Assembly (NCBI GenBank): GCA_964016885.1
Contig: OZ024741.1
Location: forward strand, 28,396,001-28,460,000
Direction of reading: 5' to 3'
Length of the DNA: 64,000 nucleotides
DNA from: Eledone cirrhosa
Lineage: Eukaryota
Every line of letters starts with the position of its first letter. Position 1 is the stretch's first letter. Below the pieces are notes generated by a model. That model saw nothing but the letters and a program-made list of their open reading frames with translations, did not search any database and had not been told where the DNA came from. The position numbers and the translations under genes are program-made. Shown in pieces: positions 1 through 13,849 of the stretch.

Positions 1-3000
1 GTCAGTGGTACTACAGTGTAGGTTATTGGTATATAACTGGTATATATAGGGATATAACTACACATAGATACTGTCAGTGGTACTACAGTGTAGGTTATTG
101 CTATATAACTGGTATATATAGGGATATAACTACATATAGATACTGACAGTGGTACTACAGTGTAGGTTATTGGTAGATAACTGGTATATATCTGGATATA
201 ACTACATATAGATAATGTCAGTGGTACTACAGTGTAGGTTATTGGTAGATAACTGGTATATATAGGGATATAACTACATATAGATACTGTCAGTGGTACT
301 ACAGTGTAGGTTATTGGTATATAACTGGTATATATAGGGATATAACTACATATAGATACTGTCAGTGGTACTACAGTGTAGGTTATTGGTATATAACTGG
401 TATATATAGGGATATAACTATACATAGATACTGTCAGTGGTACTACAGTGTAGGTTATTGGTAGAGAACTGGTATATATAGGGATATAACTACATATAGA
501 TACTGACAGTGGTACTACAGTGTAGGTTATTGGTATATGACTGGGATATAGAAGGATATAAATACATATAGATACAGTCAGTGGAACTACAGTGTAGGTT
601 ATTGGTAGATAACTGGTATATATAGGGATATAACTACACATAGATACTGTCAGTGTTACTACAGTGTAGGTTATTGGTATAGAACTGGTATATATAGGGA
701 TATAACTACATATACAGATACTGTCAGTCTTACTACAGTGTAGTTTATTGGTATATAACTGGGATATATAGAGATATAACTACATATACAGTTACTGTCA
801 GTCTTACTACAGTGTAGGTTATTGGTAGATAACTGGTATATATAGGGATATAACTACATATAGATACTGTCAGTGGTACTACAGTGTAGGTTATTGGTTG
901 ATAGCTGGTATATATAGGGATATAACTACACATAGATACTGTCAGTTGTACTACAGTGTAGGTTATTGGTAGATAACTGGTATATATAGGGATATAACTA
1001 CATATAGATACTGTCAGTGGTACTATAGTGTAGGTTATTGGTATATCAATGGTATATATAGGGATATAACTACACATAGATACTGTCAGTGGTACTACAG
1101 TGTAGGGTATTGGTATATAACTTGTATATATAGGGAAATAACTATATATAGATACTGTCAGTGGTACTACAGTGTAAGTTATTGGTAGATAACTGGTATA
1201 TATAGGGATATAACTGCACATAGATACTAACAGTGGTACTACAGTGTAGGTTATTGGTATATAACTGGTATATATAGGGATATAACTACATATAGATACT
1301 GTAAGTGGTACTATAGTGTAGGTTATTGGTATATAACTGGTATATATAGGGATATAACTACATATACAGATACTGTAAGTCTTACTACAGTGCAGGTTAT
1401 TGTATATAACTGGTATATATAGAGATATAACTACATATACAGATACTGTCAGTCTTACTACAGTGTAGGTTATTGGTAGATAACTGGTATATATAGGGAT
1501 ATAATTACATATAGATACTGTCAGTGGTACTACAGTGTAGGTTATTGGTAGATAACTGGTATATATAGGGATATAACTACACAGATACTGTCAGTCTTAC
1601 TAGCGTGTAGGTTATTGGTATATCACTGGTATATATAGGGATATAACTGCACATAGATACTGTCAGTGGTACTACAGTGTAGGTTATTGGTAGATAACTG
1701 GTATATATAGGGATATAACTACACATAGATACTGACAGTGGTACTACAGTGTAGGTTATTGGTATATAACTGGTATATATAGGGATATAACTACACATAG
1801 ATACTGATAGTGGTACTACAGTGTAGGTTATTGGTATATAACTGGTATATATAGGGATATAACTACATAGAGATACTGTCAGTGGTACTACAGTGTAGGT
1901 TATTGGTAGATAACTGGTATATATAGGGATATAACTACACATAGATACTGTCAGTGGTACTACAGTGTAGGTTATTGGTAGATAACTGGTAAATACAGGG
2001 ATATAACTACACATAGATACTGTCAGTGGTACTACGGTGTAGGTTATTGGTATATAACTGGAATATATAGGGATATAACTACACATAGATACTGTCAGTG
2101 GTACTACAGTGTAGGATATTGTTATATGACTGGTATATATAGGATTATAACTACATATAGACACTGTCAGTGGTAATATAGTGTAGGTTATTGGTATATA
2201 ACTGGTATATATAGGGATATAACTACACATAGATACTGTCAGTGGTACTACAGTGTAGGTTATTGCAAGATAACTGGTATATATAGGGATATAACTACAT
2301 ATAGATACTGACAGTGGTACTACAGTGTAGGTTATTGGTAGATAACTTGTATATATCTGGATATAACTACATATAGATACTGTCAGTGGTACTACAGTGT
2401 AGGTTATTGGTAGATAACTGGTATATATAGGGATATAACTACACATAGATACTGTCAGTGGTACTACAGTGTAGGTTATTGGTAGATAACTGGTATATAT
2501 AGGGATATAACTACACATAGATACTGACAGTGGTACTACAGTGTAGTTTATTGGTATATAACTGGAATATATAGAGATATAACTACATATACAGATACTG
2601 TCAGTCTTACTACATTGTAGGTTATTGGTAGATAACTGGTATATATAGGGATATAACTACATATAGATACTGTCAGTGGTACTACAGTGTAGGTTATTGG
2701 TTGATAGCTGGTATATATAGGGATATAACTTCACATAGATACTGTCAGTGGTACTACAGTGTAGGTTATTGGTAGATAACTGGTATATATAGGGATATAA
2801 CTACACATAGATACTATCAGTCTTACTAGAGTGTAGGTTATTGGTAGATAACTGGTATATATAAGGATATAACTACACATAGATATTGTCAGTGGTACTC
2901 TAGTGTAGGTTATTGGTAGATCACTGGTATATATAGGGATATAACTAAACATAGACACTGTCAGTGGTACTACAGTGTAGGTTATTGGTATATAACTGGT

Positions 3001-6000
3001 ATATATAGGGATATAACTACATATAGATACTGTCAGTGGTACTACGTTGTAGGTTATTGGTATATAACTGGAATATATAGCGATATAACTACACATAGAT
3101 AGTGTCAGTGGTACTACAGTGTAGGTTATTGGTATATAACTGGTATATATAGGGATATAACTACATATAGATACTGTCAGTGGTACTATAGTGTAGGTTA
3201 TTGGTATATCAATGGTATATATAGGGATATAACTACATAGAGATACTGTCAGTGGTACTACAGTGTAGGTTATTGGTATATAACTGGTATATATAGGGAT
3301 ATAACTACACATAGATACTGTCAGTGGTACTACAGTGTAGGTTATTGCTATATAACTGGTATATATAGGGATATAACTACATATAGATACTGACAGTGGT
3401 ACTACAGTGTAGGTTATTGGTAGATAACTGGTATATATCTGGATATAACTACATATAGATAATGTCAGTGGTACTACAGTGTAGGTTATTGGTAGATAAC
3501 TGGTATATATAGGGATATAACTACATATAGATACTGTCAGTGGTACTACAGTGTAGGTTATTGGTATATAACTGGTATATATAGGGATATAACTACATAT
3601 AGATACTGTCAGTGGTACTACAGTGTAGGTTATTGGTATATAACTGGTATATATAGGGATATAACTATACATAGATACTGTCAGTGGTACTACAGTGTAG
3701 GTTATTGGTAGAGAACTGGTATATATAGGGATATAACTACATATAGATACTGACAGTGGTACTACAGTGTAGGTTATTGGTATATGACTGGGATATAGAA
3801 GGATATAAATACATATAGATACAGTCAGTGGAACTACAGTGTAGGTTATTGGTAGATAACTGGTATATATAGGGATATAACTACACATAGATACTGTCAG
3901 TGTTACTACAGTGTAGGTTATTGGTATAGAACTGGTATATATAGGGATATAACTACATATACAGATACTGTCAGTCTTACTACAGTGTAGTTTATTGGTA
4001 TATAACTGGGATATATAGAGATATAACTACATATACAGTTACTGTCAGTCTTACTACAGTGTAGGTTATTGGTAGATAACTGGTATATATAGGGATATAA
4101 CTACATATAGATACTGTCAGTGGTACTACAGTGTAGGTTATTGGTTGATAGCTGGTATATATAGGGATATAACTACACATAGATACTGTCAGTTGTACTA
4201 CAGTGTAGGTTATTGGTAGATAACTGGTATATATAGGGATATAACTACATATAGATACTGTCAGTGGTACTATAGTGTAGGTTATTGGTATATCAATGGT
4301 ATATATAGGGATATAACTACACATAGATACTGTCAGTGGTACTACAGTGTAGGGTATTGGTATATAACTTGTATATATAGGGAAATAACTATATATAGAT
4401 ACTGTCAGTGGTACTACAGTGTAAGTTATTGGTAGATAACTGGTATATATAGGGATATAACTGCACATAGATACTAACAGTGGTACTACAGTGTAGGTTA
4501 TTGGTATATAACTGGTATATATAGGGATATAACTACATATAGATACTGTAAGTGGTACTATAGTGTAGGTTATTGGTATATAACTGGTATATATAGGGAT
4601 ATAACTACATATACAGATACTGTCAGTCTTACTACAGTGCAGGTTATTGTATATAACTGGTATATATAGAGATATAACTACATATACAGATACTGTCAGT
4701 CTTACTACAGTGTAGGTTATTGGTAGATAACTGGTATATATAGGGATATAATTACATATAGATACTGTCAGTGGTACTACAGTGTAGGTTATTGGTAGAT
4801 AACTGGTATATATAGGGATATAACTACACATAGATACTGTCAGTCTTACTAGCGTGTAGGTTATTGGTATATCACTGGTATATATAGGGATATAACTGCA
4901 CATAGATACTGTCAGTAATACTACAGTGTAGGTTATTGGTAGATAATTGGTATATATAGGGATATAACTACACATAGATACTGACAGTGGTACTAGAGTG
5001 TAGGTTATTGGTATATAACTGGTATATATAGGGATATAACTACATATAGATACTGTCAGTGGTACTATAGTGTAGGTTAATGGTATATAACTGGTATATA
5101 TAGGGATATAACTACACATAGATACTGTCAGTGGTACTACAGTGTAGGTTATTGGTAGATAACTGGTATATATAGGGATATAACTACATAGAGATACTGT
5201 CAGTGGTACTACAGTGTAGGTTATTGGTAGATAACTGGTATATATAGGGATATAACTACACATAGATACTGTCAGTGGTACTACAGTGTAGGTTATTGGT
5301 AGATAACTGGTATATATAGGGATATAACTACATAGAGATACTGTCAGTGGTACTACAGTGTAGGTTATTGGTAGATAACTGGTAAATATAGGGATATAAA
5401 TACACATAGATACTGTCAGTGGTACTACGGTGTAGGTTATTGGTATATAACTGGAATATATAGGGATATAACTACACATAGATACTGTCAGTGGTACTAC
5501 AGTGTAGGATATTGTTATATGACTGGTATATATAGGATTATAACTACATATAGACACTGTCAGTGGTAATATAGTGTAGGTTATTGGTATATAACTGGTA
5601 TATATAGGGATATAACTACACATAGATACTGTCAGTGGTACTACAGTGTAGGTTATTGCAAGATAACTGGTATATATAGGGATATAACTACATATAGATA
5701 CTGACAGTGGTACTACAGTGTAGGTTATTGGTAGATAACTTGTATATATCTGGATATAACTACATATAGATACTGTCAGTGGTACTACAGTGTAGGTTAT
5801 TGGTAGATAACTGGTATATATAGGGATATAACTACACATAGATACTGTCAGTGGTACTACAGTGTAGGTTATTGGTATATAACTGGTATATATAGGGATA
5901 TAACTACATATAGATACTTTCAGTGGTACTACAGTGTAGGTTATTGGTATATAACTGGTATATATAGGGATATAACTATACATAGATACTGTCAGTGTTA

Positions 6001-9000
6001 CTACAGTGTAGGTTATTGGTAGAGAACTGGTATATATAGGGATATAACTACATATAGATACTGACAGTGGTACTACAGTGTAGGTTATTGGTAGATAACT
6101 GGTATATATAGGGATATAACTACATATAGATACTGTCAGTGGTACTACAGTGTAGGTTATTGGTTGATAGCTGGTATATATAGGGATATAAGTTCACATA
6201 GATACTGTCAGTGGTACTACAGTGTAGGTTATTGGTAGATAACTGGTATATATAGGGATATAACTACACATAGATACTATCAGTCTTACTAGAGTGTAGG
6301 TTATTGGTAGATAACTGGTATATATAAGGATATAACTACACATAGATATTGTCAGTGGTACTATAGTGTAGGTTATTGGTAGATCACTGGTATATATAGG
6401 GATATAACTAAACATAGACACTGTCAGTGGTACTACAGTGTAGGTTATTGGTATATAACTGGTATATATAGGGATATAACTACATATAGATACTGTCAGT
6501 GGTACTACGTTGTAGGTTATTGGTATATAACTGGAATATATAGCGATATAACTACACATAGATACTGTCAGTGGTACTACAGTGTAGGTTATTGGTATAT
6601 AACTGGTATATATAGGGATATAACTACATATAGATACTGTCAGTGGTACTATAGTGTAGGTTATTGGTATATCAATGGTATATATAGGGATATAACTACA
6701 TAGAGATACTGTCAGTGGTACTACAGTGTAGGTTATTGGTATATAACTGGTATATATAGGGATATAACTACACATAGATACTGTCAGTGGTACTACAGTG
6801 TAGGTTATTGCTATATAACTGGTATATATAGGGATATAACTACATATAGATACTGACAGTGGTACTACAGTGTAGGTTATTGGTATATAACTGGTATATA
6901 TAGGGATATAACTACACATAGATACTGACAGTGGTACTAGAGTGTAGGTTATTGGTATATAACTGGTATATATAGGGATATAACTACATATAGATACTGT
7001 CAGTGGTACTATAGTGTAGGTTAATGGTATATAACTGGTATATATAGGGATATAACTACACATAGATACTGTCAGTGGTACTACAGTGTAGGTTATTGGT
7101 AGATAACTGGTATATATAGGGATATAACTACATAGAGATACTGTCAGTGGTACTACAGTGTAGGTTATTGGTAGATAACTGGTATATATAGGGATATAAC
7201 TACACATAGATACTGTCAGTGGTACTACAGTGTAGGTTATTGGTAGATAACTGGTAAATATAGGGATATAAATACACATAGATACTGTCAGTGGTACTAC
7301 GGTGTAGGTTATTGGTATATAACTGGAATATATAGGGATATAACTACACATAGATACTGTCAGTGGTACTACAGTGTAGGATATTGTTATATGACTGGTA
7401 TATATAGGATTATAACTACATATAGACACTGTCAGTGGTAATATAGTGTAGGTTATTGGTATATAACTGGTATATATAGGGATATAACTACACATATATA
7501 CTGTCAGTGGTACTACAGTGTAGGTTATTGCAAGATAACTGGTATATATAGGGATATAACTACATATAGATACTGACAGTGGTACTACAGTGTAGGTTAT
7601 TGGTAGATAACTTGTATATATCTGGATATAACTACATATAGATACTGTCAGTGGTACTACAGTGTAGGTTATTGGTAGATAACTGGTATATATAGGGATA
7701 TAACTACACATAGATACTGTCAGTGGTACTACAGTGTAGGTTATTGGTATATAACTGGTATATATAGGGATATAACTACATATAGATACTTTCAGTGGTA
7801 CTACAGTGTAGGTTATTGGTATATAACTGGTATATATAGGGATATAACTATACATAGATACTGTCAGTGTTACTACAGTGTAGGTTATTGGTAGAGAACT
7901 GGTATATATAGGGATATAACTACATATAGATACTGACAGTGGTACTACAGTGTAGGTTATTGGTAGATAACTGGTATATATAGGGATATAACTACATATA
8001 GATACTGTCAGTGGTACTACAGTGTAGGTTATTGGTTGATAGCTGGTATATATAGGGATATAACTTCACATAGATACTGTCAGTGGTACTACAGTGTAGG
8101 TTATTGGTAGATAACTGGTATATATAGGGATATAACTACACATAGATACTATCAGTCTTACTAGAGTGTAGGTTATTGGTAGATAACTGGTATATATAAG
8201 GATATAACTACACATAGATATTGTCAGTGGTACTATAGTGTAGGTTATTGGTAGATCACTGGTATATATAGGGATATAACTAAACATAGACACTGTCAGT
8301 GGTACTACAGTGTAGGTTATTGGTATATAACTGGTATATATAGGGATATAACTACATATAGATACTGTCAGTGGTACTACGTTGTAGGTTATTGGTATAT
8401 AACTGGAATATATAGCGATATAACTACACATAGATACTGTCAGTGGTACTACAGTGTAGGTTATTGGTATATAACTGGTATATATAGGGATATAACTACA
8501 TATAGATACTGTCAGTGGTACTATAGTGTAGGTTATTGGTATATCAATGGTATATATAGGGATATAACTACATAGAGATACTGTCAGTGGTACTACAGTG
8601 TAGGTTATTGGTATATAACTGGTATATATAGGGATATAACTACACATAGATACTGTCAGTGGTACTACAGTGTAGGTTATTGCTATATAACTGGTATATA
8701 TAGGGATATAACTACATATAGATACTGACAGTGGTACTACAGTGTAGGTTATTGGTAGATAACTGGTATATATCTGGATATAACTACATATAGATAATGT
8801 CAGTGGTACTACAGTGTAGGTTATTGGTAGATAACTGGTATATATAGGGATATAACTACATATAGATACTGTCAGTGGTACTACAGTGTAGGTTATTGGT
8901 ATATAACTGGTATATATAGGGATATAACTACATATAGATACTGTCAGTGGTACTACAGTGTAGGTTATTGGTATATAACTGGTATATATAGGGATATAAC

Positions 9001-12000
9001 TATACATAGATACTGTCAGTGGTACTACAGTGTAGGTTATTGGTAGAGAACTGGTATATATAGGGATATAACTACATATAGATACTGACAGTGGTACTAC
9101 AGTGTAGGTTATTGGTATATGACTGGGATATAGAAGGATATAAATACATATAGATACAGTCAGTGGAACTACAGTGTAGGTTATTGGTAGATAACTGGTA
9201 TATATAGGGATATAACTACACATAGATACTGTCAGTGTTACTACAGTGTAGGTTATTGGTATAGAACTGGTATATATAGGGATATAACTACATATACAGA
9301 TACTGTCAGTCTTACTACAGTGTAGTTTATTGGTATATAACTGGGATATATAGAGATATAACTACATATACAGTTACTGTCAGTCTTACTACAGTGTAGG
9401 TTATTGGTAGATAACTGGTATATATAGGGATATAACTACATATAGATACTGTCAGTGGTACTACAGTGTAGGTTATTGGTTGATAGCTGGTATATATAGG
9501 GATATAACTACACATAGATACTGTCAGTTGTACTACAGTGTAGGTTATTGGTATATAACTGGTATATATAGGGATATAACTACATATAGATACTTTCAGT
9601 GGTACTACAGTGTAGGTTATTGGTATATAACTGGTATATATAGGGATATAACTATACATAGATACTGTCAGTGTTACTACAGTGTAGGTTATTGGTAGAG
9701 AACTGGTATATATAGGGATATAACTACATATAGATACTGACAGTGGTACTACAGTGTAGGTTATTGGTAGATAACTGGTATATATAGGGATATAACTACA
9801 TATAGATACTGTCAGTGGTACTACAGTGTAGGTTATTGGTTGATAGCTGGTATATATAGGGATATAAGTTCACATAGATACTGTCAGTGGTACTACAGTG
9901 TAGGTTATTGGTAGATAACTGGTATATATAGGGATATAACTACACATAGATACTATCAGTCTTACTAGAGTGTAGGTTATTGGTAGATAACTGGTATATA
10001 TAAGGATATAACTACACATAGATATTGTCAGTGGTACTATAGTGTAGGTTATTGGTAGATCACTGGTATATATAGGGATATAACTAAACATAGACACTGT
10101 CAGTGGTACTACAGTGTAGGTTATTGGTATATAACTGGTATATATAGGGATATAACTACATATAGATACTGTCAGTGGTACTACGTTGTAGGTTATTGGT
10201 ATATAACTGGAATATATAGCGATATAACTACACATAGATACTGTCAGTGGTACTACAGTGTAGGTTATTGGTATATAACTGGTATATATAGGGATATAAC
10301 TACATATAGATACTGTCAGTGGTACTATAGTGTAGGTTATTGGTATATCAATGGTATATATAGGGATATAACTACATAGAGATACTGTCAGTGGTACTAC
10401 AGTGTAGGTTATTGGTATATAACTGGTATATATAGGGATATAACTACACATAGATACTGTCAGTGGTACTACAGTGTAGGTTATTGCTATATAACTGGTA
10501 TATATATGGATATAACTACATATAGATACTGACAGTGGTACTACAGTGTAGGTTATTGGTATATAACTGGTATATATAGGGATATAACTACACATAGATA
10601 CTGACAGTGGTACTAGAGTGTAGGTTATTGGTATATAACTGGTATATATAGGGATATAACTACATATAGATACTGTCAGTGGTACTATAGTGTAGGTTAA
10701 TGGTATATAACTGGTATATATAGGGATATAACTACACATAGATACTGTCAGTGGTACTACAGTGTAGGTTATTGGTAGATAACTGGTATATATAGGGATA
10801 TAACTACATAGAGATACTGTCAGTGGTACTACAGTGTAGGTTATTGGTAGATAACTGGTATATATAGGGATATAACTACACATAGATACTGTCAGTGGTA
10901 CTACAGTGTAGGTTATTGGTAGATAACTGGTAAATATAGGGATATAAATACACATAGATACTGTCAGTGGTACTACGGTGTAGGTTATTGGTATATAACT
11001 GGAATATATAGGGATATAACTACACATAGATACTGTCAGTGGTACTACAGTGTAGGATATTGTTATATGACTGGTATATATAGGATTATAACTACATATA
11101 GACACTGTCAGTGGTAATATAGTGTAGGTTATTGGTATATAACTGGTATATATAGGGATATAACTACACATATATACTGTCAGTGGTACTACAGTGTAGG
11201 TTATTGCAAGATAACTGGTATATATAGGGATATAACTACATATAGATACTGACAGTGGTACTACAGTGTAGGTTATTGGTAGATAACTTGTATATATCTG
11301 GATATAACTACATATAGATACTGTCAGTGGTACTACAGTGTAGGTTATTGGTAGATAACTGGTATATATAGGGATATAACTACACATAGATACTGTCAGT
11401 GGTACTACAGTGTAGGTTATTGGTATATAACTGGTATATATAGGGATATAACTACATATAGATACTTTCAGTGGTACTACAGTGTAGGTTATTGGTATAT
11501 AACTGGTATATATAGGGATATAACTATACATAGATACTGTCAGTGTTACTACAGTGTAGGTTATTGGTAGAGAACTGGTATATATAGGGATATAACTACA
11601 TATAGATACTGACAGTGGTACTACAGTGTAGGTTATTGGTAGATAACTGGTATATATAGGGATATAACTACATATAGATACTATCAGTCTTACTAGAGTG
11701 TAGGTTATTGGTAGATAACTGGTATATATAAGGATATAACTACACATAGATATTGTCAGTGGTACTATAGTGTAGGTTATTGGTAGATCACTGGTATATA
11801 TAGGGATATAACTACACATAGATACTGTCAGTGGTACTACAGTGTAGGTTATTGGTATATAACTGGTATATATAGGGATATAACTACATATAGATACTGT
11901 CAGTGGTACTATAGTGTAGGTTATTGGTATATCAATGGTATATATAGGGATATAACTACATAGAGATACTGTCAGTGGTACTACAGTGTAGGTTATTGGT

Positions 12001-13849
12001 ATATAACTGGTATATATAGGGATATAACTACACATAGATACTGTCAGTGGTACTACAGTGTAGGTTATTGCTATATAACTGGTATATATAGGGATATAAC
12101 TACATATAGATACTGACAGTGGTACTACAGTGTAGGTTATTGGTAGATAACTGGTATATATCTGGATATAACTACATATAGATAATGTCAGTGGTACTAC
12201 AGTGTAGGTTATTGGTAGATAACTGGTATATATAGGGATATAACTACATATAGATACTGTCAGTGGTACTACAGTGTAGGTTATTGGTATATAACTGGTA
12301 TATATAGGGATATAACTACATATAGATACTGTCAGTGGTACTACAGTGTAGGTTATTGGTATATAACTGGTATATATAGGGATATAACTATACATAGATA
12401 CTGTCAGTGGTACTACAGTGTAGGTTATTGGTAGAGAACTGGTATATATAGTGATATAACTACATATAGATACTGACAGTGGTACTACAGTGTAGGTTAT
12501 TGGTATATGACTGGGATATAGAAGGATATAAATACATATAGATACAGTCAGTGGAACTACAGTGTAGGTTATTGGTAGATAACTGGTATATATAGGGATA
12601 TAACTACACATAGATACTGTCAGTGTTACTACAGTGTAGGTTATTGGTATAGAACTGGTATATATAGGGATATAACTACATATACAGATACTGTCAGTCT
12701 TACTACAGTGTAGTTTATTGGTATATAACTGGGATATATAGAGATATAACTACATATACAGTTACTGTCAGTCTTACTACAGTGTAGGTTATTGGTAGAT
12801 AACTGGTATATATAGGGATATAACTACATATAGATACTGTCAGTGGTACTACAGTGTAGGTTATTGGTTGATAGCTGGTATATATAGGGATATAACTACA
12901 CATAGATACTGTCAGTTGTACTACAGTGTAGGTTATTGGTAGATAACTGGTATATATAGGGATATAACTACATATAGATACTGTCAGTGGTACTATAGTG
13001 TAGGTTATTGGTATATCAATGGTATATATAGGGATATAACTACACATAGATACTGTCAGTGGTACTACAGTGTAGGGTATTGGTATATAACTTGTATATA
13101 TAGGGAAATAACTATATATAGATACTGTCAGTGGTACTACAGTGTAAGTTATTGGTAGATAACTGGTATATATAGGGATATAACTGCACATAGATACTAA
13201 CAGTGGTACTACAGTGTAGGTTATTGGTATATAACTGGTATATATAGGGATATAACTACATATAGATACTGTAAGTGGTACTATAGTGTAGGTTATTGGT
13301 ATATAACTGGTATATATAGGGATATAACTACATATACAGATACTGTCAGTCTTACTACAGTGCAGGTTATTGTATATAACTGGTATATATAGAGATATAA
13401 CTACATATACAGATACTGTCAGTCTTACTACAGTGTAGGTTATTGGTAGATAACTGGTATATATAGGGATATAATTACATATAGATACTGTCAGTGGTAC
13501 TACAGTGTAGGTTATTGGTAGAAAACTGGTATATATAGGGATATAACTACACATAGATGCTGTCAGTCTTACTAGCGTGTAGGTTATTGGTATATCACTG
13601 GTATATATAGGGATATAACTGCACATAGATACTGTCAGTGGTACTACAGTGTAGGTTATTGGTAGATAACTGGTATATATAGGGATATAACTACACATAG
13701 ATACTGACAGTGGTACTAGAGTGTAGATTATTGGTATATAACTGGTATATATAGGGATATAACTACATATAGATACTGTCAGTGGTACTATAGTGTAGGT
13801 TAATGGTATATAACTGGTATATATAGGGATATAACTACACATAGATACT

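Noticed and set aside
39-60. TATA-box-like motifs (TATATATAG, TATAA) as promoters
   Set aside because: They occur in every monomer as part of the TA-rich sub-repeats, with no downstream gene or other support.
1-72. tRNA or tRNA-derived SINE array (tRNA-like length, several short stems)
   Set aside because: No GTTCRA T-loop/B box, and I could not build an acceptor stem or cloverleaf on either strand.
1-144. Hammerhead ribozyme satellite or retrozyme
   Set aside because: The minus strand has CTGACAG rather than CTGANGA, and the consensus lacks the GAAA core on both strands.
9480-9698. Plus-strand 72-aa ORF
   Set aside because: A chance run of monomers with T at position 32, avoiding the TAG in plus frame 3.
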